From a virus (Duplodnaviria; Caudoviricetes): a stretch of 35,576 bases of DNA. The position numbers were made by a program, and so were the translations under genes. The notes under the pieces are model-generated. The model saw nothing but the letters and a program-made list of their open reading frames with translations. It had not been told where the DNA came from and did not search any database. Location: positions 1 through 35,576 of IMG/VR virus record IMGVR_UViG_3300044785_000013; one strand, 5' to 3'. Below, piece by piece: positions 26,727-35,204 of the stretch. Each line of letters opens with the position of its first letter. Within the stretch, counting starts at the first letter, position 1.

Positions 26727-27583
26727 GGCGCCACCGGTGGGGTGAAGTTTGCGGCTGAGGCGGATCCGCCGATGCTAGCGCGGCAGTCCTCCAGGTAGAT
26801 TGCCGATCCAACCTGACGCATTTCCATGCGGTTTATTGGGTTCACCAGTTCAAGTAAACCCGTCGCCGCAGTCTGCGCCGACAACGTGCCGTCCACAAAC
26901 AGAACTAGTGCCGTCCCTGTATATAGTAGTCTCAGGTGGACCCAGATATTGGTTGGAATTGGATCTGCACTAAATACCTCCACAGAGGTCGATCCGTCGT
27001 CAAACCTGGCAAGAGCATCAAACTCGTCATTGACGAGCAAATCAAACTCTGCAATAAGCGGGTAGGCGAAAGTGCCTACCGCCAACGAGGTGCGGTCGTT
27101 TACCGCAACAGAACCCGATTGCACGTAGAACCAACCGTCAATTTGCAACGTAGAAACAGCGCTGGTGCTGTAGTCATCCGGTATTTCCGGGTCAGTCTGT
27201 GGCGCGTCCCGACTCCAAGTTATGTCCCCTGTACCGCCGAGAAGGAATAGACCGAATACGGGGTACGGGAAAGTGGCCAACAACACCCAGTCGGTACTGT
27301 CCGACGTCCATGTGGCCCCTGTCTGGTCCAGTGCGCTGGTAGGCCCACCGATGAACTCAGCGATCCCCTCTGCCGTTGCCGTCTCCGTCATGTGGAATAG
27401 GAACAGCACAATTTCAGTCGCCGCAAACGGTTCCACCTCCACCAGCCCGGGGAAATCCTTGAAAACCCAGGATGTGCGTTCGTTGCCGGGTTCGATCGGC
27501 ACCGGGTACATGCCGATGGTGCGCTGGACGCTGGCCGGCTTGCTGACCAGCGGGTAGGTGGGGCCAACGAACGAGATTTTCAT
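26711..27583 (-). CDS. Fusion of a gp10-like N-terminal peptide and a LamG/concanavalin A-like domain
   Basis: Residues 1-50 (FVGPTY..S..ASVQRTIGMYP.PIE....FPGL) match the hub N-terminus. The rest has GWFY, W.HL...G....LFVDG, YLED.R and NFTPP.APW, typical of phage LamG domains. Confidence 0.8.
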   Translation of the reverse strand: MKISFVGPTYPLVSKPASVQRTIGMYPVPIEPGNERTSWVFKDFPGLVEVEPFAATEIVLFLFHMTETATAEGIAEFIGGPTSALDQTGATWTSDSTDWVLLATFPYPVFGLFLLGGTGDITWSRDAPQTDPEIPDDYSTSAVSTLQIDGWFYVQSGSVAVNDRTSLAVGTFAYPLIAEFDLLVNDEFDALARFDDGSTSVEVFSADPIPTNIWVHLRLLYTGTALVLFVDGTLSAQTAATGLLELVNPINRMEMRQVGSAIYLEDCRASIGGSASAANFTPPVAPWPNP

Positions 27584-27585
27584 GG

Positions 27586-28245
27586 TCAGAAGTAGTCGGC
27601 GGTGGGTGCTGGGGTGTCTGTGACCTGGGCGCCGGCAGCGAGGATATCCGACTCCCAGGTGTCTCGATCACCACGCCAGCGGTTGATGCGCAACTCGTCC
27701 ACGTCAAACTCATCGGCCAGGTCCAACGCCACCAGGTTTGCGAATGAACCCATGGCGTCTGATCGCATGTCCAGCGCTTCGGCGTCTGACGAGTCCGCCC
27801 CGTGCTGCTGGTATGTCAGCTTGAGGGTGTATCCGGTGTCTGGGACCGGATAGAGGTACATGGTCGCCCCATCAAAGAACACCATACACGGTTGTCCGGC
27901 CCTGGCCTTATCTGGGATATCCTGATATGTGCGGTGGTCGATGATCTTCACTGGCTCATCTTGATCGCCAACCCGAACGTGCACCGTGGTGGCGTAAAGG
28001 AAACCAACATTGATCAAGTCAACCGTCGGGTCCCCACTCGTCAAAACGACGTCGGCCGCAGCACCGGATGTGGAGAACCACAGGGTGTTGCGGCCGTGAA
28101 GCTGTTTCAGCCGAAGGTCTATGCCTTCGTTGATGACTGCCCGGCGCTCCGGGTGGAGGCTATTTCCCGCGGCTTTGATTCCCAGCCGCCTTGCCACCTT
28201 GTCCCGGAGCTGCCGGCGGTTGAGAGTAAACAGGTACGTTGCCAT
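27586..28245 (-). CDS. Head-tail adaptor (P22 gp4-like)
   Basis: R.LG, G.P, YLYPVPD, LA.DLA.EF; GGAGG RBS; gene order. Confidence 0.8.
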   Translation of the reverse strand: MATYLFTLNRRQLRDKVARRLGIKAAGNSLHPERRAVINEGIDLRLKQLHGRNTLWFSTSGAAADVVLTSGDPTVDLINVGFLYATTVHVRVGDQDEPVKIIDHRTYQDIPDKARAGQPCMVFFDGATMYLYPVPDTGYTLKLTYQQHGADSSDAEALDMRSDAMGSFANLVALDLADEFDVDELRINRWRGDRDTWESDILAAGAQVTDTPAPTADYF

Positions 28246-28429
28246 TGGGGCCTCCGATTGCAGCCCCCATTGTGCCGTCTTCGGGCATCTTCAGGAAATG
28301 GCCGTTCCCCTTGAGCTTGCCGGCCAATTTCGGGTGCTCCTTTTCGTCCACGTCAACTGGAATGTGCTGGGGAAACTCCACCCCATACATGGCCACCTTC
28401 GGGTGGTCTCCGGTGTACATCACTTTCAT
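28160..28429 (-). CDS. Small virion-module protein
   Basis: GGAGA RBS; Y.G..YGVEF..KL.GN.HF; the 3' end overlaps the adaptor gene by 86 nt. Confidence 0.65.
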   Translation of the reverse strand: MKVMYTGDHPKVAMYGVEFPQHIPVDVDEKEHPKLAGKLKGNGHFLKMPEDGTMGAAIGGPNGNVPVYSQPPAAPGQGGKAAGNQSRGK

Positions 28430-28455
28430 AGATTCTCTCCAGTTACTTGCAGGGC

Positions 28456-28947
28456 TCAGGGGACGTAGTAGAACGCCACCATCGTCATGAGGCCGGTACC
28501 CCCAGCGTTGGCGTCAGCGTTGAACAGCAGTTGCAGCGTGGTGCGCTTCGTGAAGCTGACCACACCTTCGGTCAGCAGCCGGCCCTGGAACGGCACCAGG
28601 ATCCCCGCAACGGGCTTGAAGTCCAGCACCACATCGCCGGTGATGATGCCCAGGTTCCCGAAGCCGTCGGGGTCTGCGGCATCGAACGTGCCGGTGCCGC
28701 CGTTGGCTGCCCAGCCGATGTCGAAATCGAGCGCCTCCGTGCCGGTGTCGATATCGGCGCCGTAGACGTACCCGGCCACAACAACAGCATTGGGCGGGAG
28801 GCGGACCATGCTGACCGTCAGGGCAGCCGCCAACGTCACGTCGGTGTCGAACGTAACGGACTCGTGGGCGACCGTCAGGGCGCCTTGCCCGGCCTTGAGA
28901 ACCGGGCTGGTGGACCGAGCGGCCACCGCAGTGAAAGAGGTTGCCAT
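28456..28947 (-). CDS. Putative capsid decoration/cement protein
   Basis: Beta-rich, LP..AVV, DIDTG, D.DG; follows the major capsid gene; AGGAG RBS. Confidence 0.7.
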   Translation of the reverse strand: MATSFTAVAARSTSPVLKAGQGALTVAHESVTFDTDVTLAAALTVSMVRLPPNAVVVAGYVYGADIDTGTEALDFDIGWAANGGTGTFDAADPDGFGNLGIITGDVVLDFKPVAGILVPFQGRLLTEGVVSFTKRTTLQLLFNADANAGGTGLMTMVAFYYVP

Positions 28948-28977
28948 TTGAGGCTCCTGGGGTAGTCGTGCGGTTGA

Positions 28978-30063
28978 TTAGGCGTCGGCGACGGAAGCGA
29001 CGTACAGCGTCGCTACGCCGTTGTCTTTCAGGTCGTCAGTGTCCGCCTCGCCTGAACCGAACAGAAGCTTTTCGATTCCTCGGATTTCGCGGCCGCCGAC
29101 GCCGTTCTTGAACGCGTAGTCCGACGCCTGGGTGGTGGATTTGAATCGCTTGGCATAGCCAATGCCGACAGCCTGGGCGCCGCAAAGGAACACCTGAGAC
29201 ACGTCAATGGCGCCCGCCCCCACCCCTGTGATCACCGGGATTTCCGGAATCTCACGGATGATCATCCCGTCGAGAATGAGCGAATCCCCGGTGAACAGCG
29301 GGTTTTCGTAGACGTCCCGCGGCCGGGCCTCGCGGTTCACCTGCTTCATTTCCGTGCTTTGGGAGAAGTCCCGGAACGGCAGTGTGCCCGCAAAGACAAC
29401 GTACCACTCCTGATCGCCCTTGGTCTTCATTGGGCGGATCTTTGGGTTGGCCGTCTGGGCGCGACGCTTCATCAGCCGGAGCGTGTCTGGCGTCAGCTTG
29501 TCGGCCGTGTTGTCGATGTTCGCCAAAGAAGCGCTGTGGTCATTGCTGGAGTTGTTGGACAACGCCGCACCGAACAGCACCCGATCGGCGTTGTCAACCA
29601 ACCAGGCATCTTTCTGCGCTTCGCTGGCGTCCGCGTAGAACACCCGATTGATGGACTGGAGGGCGCGGATGATGTGGTCGCGTTCCTTCTCCATGAACCA
29701 ATGCTTGAGCATCGTCTTGCCTGCGTTGCGCAAGTCGATGGCCGACTTCTGTTCGTCCCATTCGGTGACGGCCACAGCGTGTCGCAGCGGGCGGACAGTC
29801 AGGTAGTGAGACCGGCTGCCCAGTTCTTCTTCGAAGCCTTCCAGGGCCTCGTTGTCCTGCCGGCCGTCGCCTTGCAGTCGGTTCACCAGGGCGAACGTGA
29901 GACGGTCGCCCTTCTTGTATGTCAAGGTCTCCTTGACTTGAATGAGCGCGTTCTCGTCTTCGCCCTTGTACCTGGTGAATCGCGATTCGCGGACGTACTC
30001 TTCGAAAAACTGGTCATCCCATTGCTGGGGGGTGAGGCCTGTGGCGGCGGTGGTATCAGCCAT
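28978..30063 (-). CDS. Major capsid protein (N4-gp56/DUF4043-like)
   Basis: KKGD..TF.L...L.G.G....LEG.EE, IDLR, NPLFTG, LCGAQA, DY, GIEK. Confidence 0.92.
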   Translation of the reverse strand: MADTTAATGLTPQQWDDQFFEEYVRESRFTRYKGEDENALIQVKETLTYKKGDRLTFALVNRLQGDGRQDNEALEGFEEELGSRSHYLTVRPLRHAVAVTEWDEQKSAIDLRNAGKTMLKHWFMEKERDHIIRALQSINRVFYADASEAQKDAWLVDNADRVLFGAALSNNSSNDHSASLANIDNTADKLTPDTLRLMKRRAQTANPKIRPMKTKGDQEWYVVFAGTLPFRDFSQSTEMKQVNREARPRDVYENPLFTGDSLILDGMIIREIPEIPVITGVGAGAIDVSQVFLCGAQAVGIGYAKRFKSTTQASDYAFKNGVGGREIRGIEKLLFGSGEADTDDLKDNGVATLYVASVADA

Positions 30064-30069
30064 GATTGA

Positions 30070-30972
30070 TCAAGGTTTCCATTTCAGGATTTCGGACAGT
30101 GGCTTTGGCCCGGTCCACGCGGCGGATGCACCGCTTTGGAACTGGCCATTTGCGCCACGGCTGTTGGTGAGAGTCACCGGGAGTGGCGGGGGAGGAACGG
30201 CACCCGGCACTCCACCACCCGAGAGTGGTGGGAGTGCTGGTGCCGGCGAGGGGGTGGCTTTCTTGAGTTTGTCCTCCAGAATTCCCAATTGCCGATCGAT
30301 TGCACGAGAAGAGCCCAATTGCGCGATTCTTGCCGCTTCTGCAGGATTCTTTCCAAGGTAATAGGCCACCTCGAATGTAGATTCTTTCAGATCCAGCAAA
30401 CCTTCGTGCAGGTCAGGCGACAACTGCAGAAACGGCGCCAACCCCGTATTCACTGTGGCGTCATAGTCCGGGTACTTTTGGAGCCCAGCCATGCGCGCCT
30501 GTGTCGCGGTGTTCTCCAACTCACTCACCCGGTTTGAGTGCGCCTGTTGGAGTCGCGTTTGTTCCTGCCGACGTTCATTCTCTCGTTGATGCTGTTGGAA
30601 AGTCTCCGAAACCGTCTCGCGGGCGAGCCATGCCATGTAGTCCACTTGGAACTCCATGTCACTGGCGTACTGGTCCCGGCGAGGCTGTTGGGGTGCCTGT
30701 GCGGGCGGGGCGGCAGGCGGCGTGTTCCCCCGGCCACTCTGGGCCAGGGCCTGCGCCGCAATCTGTTCCGCACGCTGGCGACCCAACCGCTCGGCTTGAA
30801 GAGCTGCAATCAGCCCTGCGTTTCGATTGGCATCCGGGTCAACCGGAGGTGGCGCTGGGTTTGGGGCCGGCGGCACCCCCGTTACGCCCGGATCGCCACC
30901 CGACAGTTCTTCACCTGACGCCGGAGGCGGGTTGTTTCCCAGAATATCGCCCAAACTCTTTTGACCGTCCAT
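30070..30972 (-). CDS. Scaffolding protein
   Basis: Lies between portal and capsid genes; AL.AER..RQ, KYPDYD, AYYLGKNP.EA.RI. Confidence 0.85.
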   Translation of the reverse strand: MDGQKSLGDILGNNPPPASGEELSGGDPGVTGVPPAPNPAPPPVDPDANRNAGLIAALQAERLGRQRAEQIAAQALAQSGRGNTPPAAPPAQAPQQPRRDQYASDMEFQVDYMAWLARETVSETFQQHQRENERRQEQTRLQQAHSNRVSELENTATQARMAGLQKYPDYDATVNTGLAPFLQLSPDLHEGLLDLKESTFEVAYYLGKNPAEAARIAQLGSSRAIDRQLGILEDKLKKATPSPAPALPPLSGGGVPGAVPPPPLPVTLTNSRGANGQFQSGASAAWTGPKPLSEILKWKP

Positions 30973-30987
30973 TTGCTACCTCTAAGA

Positions 30988-31032
30988 CGCCCGAAACCCG
31001 GCGGCGGTTGCGCCCGAAACCCGGCGGCGGTT
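30988..31032 (-). repeat. Perfect 22-bp direct repeat x2 in the scaffold leader (AACCGCCGCCGGGTTTCGGGCG)
   Basis: Copies at 30988-31009 and 31011-31032, just upstream of the GAGG RBS. Confidence 0.9.
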
Positions 31033-31034
31033 AC

Positions 31035-32936
31035 CTACGATGGTACTACTTCTTGCGGCTGGCTGGCCGCGCTCACGGCTGCCGCGAGTTGTTGTTGTTC
31101 TCCGATCAACTTCTGCTGCTCCAACCTCAACTCCGCGGTAATCGCCCTCTTTTCCATTTCAAACAGCTTGCGATCTGCCTCCAACTGCGCTTGTTGGGTT
31201 TTGATGTCATTCATCTGCACTTGCTCTGTCAACTGCTGCATCTGCTCTTGCATCTGAACGACTTCAGGCGGCGGCCCTTTCTTGTCCTCACCTCTGAGCT
31301 TACGAAGGATCTTGTCTTTCCCCCGGAGTGACGAGGCCTCCACAAGGGCTTCGAACAGAACGGGCGGCATTGCACCCGCGTTGGGGGCAATCTCAGCCAG
31401 ACGGTCGAACTGCTCCCCCTGCAGAGATGCACTCGCGGGTTGCTCACCCATTCGGATGTCAACGTCCAGTTCCCCGACGTTATTCCGCAACCCTACAACC
31501 TGCTGCATTTCTGGGTCATTTTGGGCTTGCTCCTCAGCCATCGCCAAATCTTCTGGGCTCACATCGGGTTGTTGCTTGAATTGCTCCAACAGCTTCTCCC
31601 CCAACGTCATTGGCACGTTCAACCCAACAAACCGAATGTTCTCCTCGTCCTCTGTCACTCGGATCCACTTCTCAGCAGTCCAGAATTGCCGAATTCGATT
31701 CCACAGCTTTCGGTAAACCTCCAGCTTGAATGCTTCCCAGGTGGAAAAACATGGGCCTACTTCATTCAACCCTTGTTCACTGCGTTGCTCCAGTGCCCGG
31801 CCACTCATCACACGGCGCTCGGTGCCAGCGAGCGCCGCATTGACCCCTACTGAGTCAATTTCGGCTTTCGCTTCACTGCCAAGTCGTTGGTGTGCATCCG
31901 CCAGTTCCAGGTTATCTAGCATTTCGATCTTCTTACCTGGCCGAGTCTCTACCACTCCATTCGGGTCGGCCAACTCTCTTTTCATCTTGTTGATGTCTTC
32001 TACCGTACCGCGCTCCATTTGCACGCGATTGGAATTCAACAAGTGCATGGCTTTGCTTCGCCGCTTGTTAATTTCGTCCTGAACGCTCATCCAAGCTTTC
32101 ACCATGCCATATCGATTGCCCTCTTTATCGACGAAGCACGATGAGAACACGAATCCAGGTTCGGTCACCTGGTCCTCATTGATCCAGGGGGACTCGATCA
32201 CTTCTAGGATAGCGGATCGCGTGAACTGCGCGAAGTACCATGTATCCCCCTCTTTGAAATAGCATTCGGCAACCCGGATACGCTTCCTTTTCGGGTCACT
32301 CCACTTCGTGCGGGGCGTATCGTCGTATGTATCCTGCCCGTACCACTCTTCGCCTGAGTTTTCTAGGATATCCGCTCGGTTCGGCCATTTCAGCTTGGCT
32401 TGCTTCAGGTCCATCCACAGAAACTGGCCCCTCACCAGTGAGTCAGACCAGTCCGGGTTTCGCGAATGGACGTCACCCCACATCCGATCCCATGATATCC
32501 ACTTGATGTAGATGCATGGCTCCCCATCCGGTTTCTTCTCCACCGAAATATCAACCCCACCAGCACCTTCGATGATGTGGTTGAGAAACACCCAGCCGCA
32601 CAACTGGTCCCAAGCGTTGGAGTCCAGCACGTACTTCAGGGCATCTGACGCGGCACCGGCCGACTGGTCATCACTGGGGGTGTTGCGTGGGAACGCCCGA
32701 GGCTCAGCCCGCCGGCTGGACTCCAGGCCCCGCAGCGAATTGATTTTCGGCGCGATGCGGTTGTAGGTGACCACAGGTTGCCGGCGAGATTTCAGCCTCG
32801 CAACCTCCTCCTCGGTCCACTGCTTTGAGTCGTAGTAGTCGCGTTCTCGTTCGCGTTGGCTGCGTTCCGGCCGGGTGGTTTGCTCCCACTCCTCGAAATA
32901 GTCAACCAATTGCGTGAGTAGCTCTTGCTCGGTCAT
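31035..32936 (-). CDS. Portal protein (P22 gp1-like)
   Basis: DYYD..QWT, R.QP....NRI..KI, YG.V....QDEINKRRSK, SGRA, W..EKWIRVT; C-terminal coiled coil. Start refined to ATG 32936 (AGGAG). Confidence 0.93.
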   Translation of the reverse strand: MTEQELLTQLVDYFEEWEQTTRPERSQRERERDYYDSKQWTEEEVARLKSRRQPVVTYNRIAPKINSLRGLESSRRAEPRAFPRNTPSDDQSAGAASDALKYVLDSNAWDQLCGWVFLNHIIEGAGGVDISVEKKPDGEPCIYIKWISWDRMWGDVHSRNPDWSDSLVRGQFLWMDLKQAKLKWPNRADILENSGEEWYGQDTYDDTPRTKWSDPKRKRIRVAECYFKEGDTWYFAQFTRSAILEVIESPWINEDQVTEPGFVFSSCFVDKEGNRYGMVKAWMSVQDEINKRRSKAMHLLNSNRVQMERGTVEDINKMKRELADPNGVVETRPGKKIEMLDNLELADAHQRLGSEAKAEIDSVGVNAALAGTERRVMSGRALEQRSEQGLNEVGPCFSTWEAFKLEVYRKLWNRIRQFWTAEKWIRVTEDEENIRFVGLNVPMTLGEKLLEQFKQQPDVSPEDLAMAEEQAQNDPEMQQVVGLRNNVGELDVDIRMGEQPASASLQGEQFDRLAEIAPNAGAMPPVLFEALVEASSLRGKDKILRKLRGEDKKGPPPEVVQMQEQMQQLTEQVQMNDIKTQQAQLEADRKLFEMEKRAITAELRLEQQKLIGEQQQLAAAVSAASQPQEVVPS

Positions 32937-32960
32937 GTGGGTATCTCCTGGCATCCGGCA

Positions 32961-34517
32961 TCATACCGTCCGCCAACTATCCTCGCCGTCGTCTGCATCC
33001 TCAAACGCCTTGTCCCAGCGATCCTGGGGTTTCGCGTCCGCGGTAACCGGCACGATTGCCTCGTGACCCATGTCGATCGCCCGACCCATGATCCCCGAGG
33101 CGTCGGTGAAATCCTTCCCGCCGGCCGGAAACTTACACAGCTCGTTGATTGCCCGGTCGCCCTCCGGTCCCTCCCGGACGAACACCTTGCCCATGCTGGC
33201 CATGGCTTGGAACGATTGCGCCTTCGCCTCTTTGTCACTTCCGTGCGGTGTGATCGGCTCTATCCGAACGAACGTGTTCTTTTCGATCATCATCCGGGTC
33301 ACGAACCCCTTCACGGATTTCCAGTTGTTGTCATCCTCCGGGAACCACGCAAACGGGTCCTTGTCCTTGACCCGTGGGATGATCCAGTCCGCAAAAATGT
33401 CCATCGTGCACCGGCCTAGGATGTACTCATCCAGGTAGATAGCGCTTTTGCTGTCCTCGTACCAGAACTGGCCGCAGTTCTGGTCATTTCCCTCTGTCCC
33501 AGCGGGAGCGTGGTCAGTCACCAGGTATGGGTGACAATACTTCGGCAAGTCCCTGAATCGACGGAACCACTCCCGCTTGAAGAAATCCCCCTCCAAACTG
33601 TTCGGCAGTTGCTGAAACAGCGACGCCCAGGTGCGCGGCTTTGCTTGGTACTGGGCCCAGTGGCGCTCGGTGAACCACTCCGGCCACAGATACTCCCCGC
33701 GCTTGCGCCCCAGCGGGTCATCGTCCACGTCGCACATGGCCTGCAGGCAGATCACGTGCCACACCTGGCCATCGCGGCATAGGATATCCCCCGACTGCCC
33801 CGCCCACCCCTTCGGCAGGATGTTCCCGGCCAGGTCATCTTCCGCCCACCGCGTCTGGATTAGCAGCACCCAAGCTCCGGGGGTCAAACGGGTACTCAGC
33901 GAATCGTCGTATTCGTTCTGAACGCTCTTTTTCACCGTATCTGAATCGGCCTCTTCGCGGTTCTTGTACGGATCGTCGATCACCAACCCACCAGCCCGGT
34001 TCCCGGTGACGCCCGACAAAATCCCCCGGCTCATGTATTCGCTGCCGTTGGTGAGCGCGAACTCATCCGAAGCACGGCTGTCGTTTGTCAAACGTACGTC
34101 AAACGTCTCTCGATGGCGTTCGTCCTGAATGAGCTGTTTCGTGCGGCGGCCGTGCTTGCGAGCCAAATCATCCCCGTAGCTGGTCAGGATCAACCGCCGG
34201 TTTGGCTTGGCGCTCAACCACCACGCGGGGCCAACCACACTGGCATATGTGCTCTTTGCGGAGCCGGGGGGCATTAGGACCATCAACCGGCCGTAGGGGG
34301 TCTCCGTCATCTTCTGGAAAGCCCGGAGAAGCAGGACGTGGTGGGACCCCAGAACCGTTTCGATTGGAGCAAACGCCGTGTCCATGTCCATATCGTCAGC
34401 CCAGCTTGCGTGCGCGGGCCGCCCCGGGACAGGCACGCTTTGGGCATATCGAACCAGGTCCCTTTGCATTTCCTCGCGAAGGATGATCTCCTTTGCGGCT
34501 TGTGAAGGTGTGGTCAT
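32961..34517 (-). CDS. terL: Terminase large subunit
   Basis: MPPGSAKS Walker A, TGNRA..IDDP Walker B, QTRW..DDLAG, LWPEWF, W.SLFQQ.P, C-terminal nuclease ending FP.G.KD..DA. Likely start ATG 34517. Confidence 0.95.
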   Translation of the reverse strand: MTTPSQAAKEIILREEMQRDLVRYAQSVPVPGRPAHASWADDMDMDTAFAPIETVLGSHHVLLLRAFQKMTETPYGRLMVLMPPGSAKSTYASVVGPAWWLSAKPNRRLILTSYGDDLARKHGRRTKQLIQDERHRETFDVRLTNDSRASDEFALTNGSEYMSRGILSGVTGNRAGGLVIDDPYKNREEADSDTVKKSVQNEYDDSLSTRLTPGAWVLLIQTRWAEDDLAGNILPKGWAGQSGDILCRDGQVWHVICLQAMCDVDDDPLGRKRGEYLWPEWFTERHWAQYQAKPRTWASLFQQLPNSLEGDFFKREWFRRFRDLPKYCHPYLVTDHAPAGTEGNDQNCGQFWYEDSKSAIYLDEYILGRCTMDIFADWIIPRVKDKDPFAWFPEDDNNWKSVKGFVTRMMIEKNTFVRIEPITPHGSDKEAKAQSFQAMASMGKVFVREGPEGDRAINELCKFPAGGKDFTDASGIMGRAIDMGHEAIVPVTADAKPQDRWDKAFEDADDGEDSWRTV

Positions 34518-34590
34518 CGCTGAAAGTGGTCGTTCAGACTGGGCAAAAACGCAAAGTGGTCGTTCAGCGTACGGGAGGGGGCCCCAAGTT

Positions 34591-35178
34591 TCATGGGACC
34601 CAATTCCCTGGCACACGCACGGGGGTGGGGGAGGGGGTCGCACTTTCAGCCAACAAACGAGCCGGTTCGCTGCTAGAAGTCAGTGAGTGCTCACGTACAA
34701 CCGTCGCATCCTCTACGTCAGTGAGTGCTAGCTGCGCTATACGCTGCAATTCATGCGTTGGGAGCTTGCGAGCCGGCATCTGTTGGCCCGTCTGCACGTT
34801 GACGCCCACTTGAACGCCGACCTCCGCAGCGCGGCGTGTTTCGAATCGCACTGGATCGCGAATGGTTGCGCACCGCCACGCGGCTTGCGCTTGTTCCTTC
34901 GCTAGGCTGACCACAGCGCCCGCAATCGTCGGATTGGCCTTGGCTAGCTCGAACGCATCCTTTAGCACTCGCCGCGCTTCTATTTCCCACCATTCGGCAC
35001 CGTCGATTCGGGCATCACGTATGCGGGCGGAGCGTTGCGCGCTCTTTGCGCCCCAATCCCTTAGCGACCCAATCGACATGTCCAAGCGTCGCGCTATCTC
35101 GTGCAGCGAATCACCCTGTTCGAGCCACGTGCAGATGATCTCCACACCCAGCGCGTCTAAAAGCTCTAATTTGCTCAT
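34591..35178 (-). CDS. terS: Terminase small subunit
   Basis: N-terminal HTH (IC..LEQG.SL.EIA....S.GSL.DW), AR..GA, W.....DP.RF; upstream of TerL. Likely start ATG 35178. Confidence 0.85.
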   Translation of the reverse strand: MSKLELLDALGVEIICTWLEQGDSLHEIARRLDMSIGSLRDWGAKSAQRSARIRDARIDGAEWWEIEARRVLKDAFELAKANPTIAGAVVSLAKEQAQAAWRCATIRDPVRFETRRAAEVGVQVGVNVQTGQQMPARKLPTHELQRIAQLALTDVEDATVVREHSLTSSSEPARLLAESATPSPTPVRVPGNWVP

Positions 35179-35204
35179 TGCACGATCATAAGCACCGTGG
35201 ATTG

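Noticed and set aside
26203-27433. Intron, intein or IS interrupting the hub gene
   Set aside because: No transposase or homing endonuclease, no terminal or target repeats and no intein end residues; the downstream half has its own RBS and ATG.
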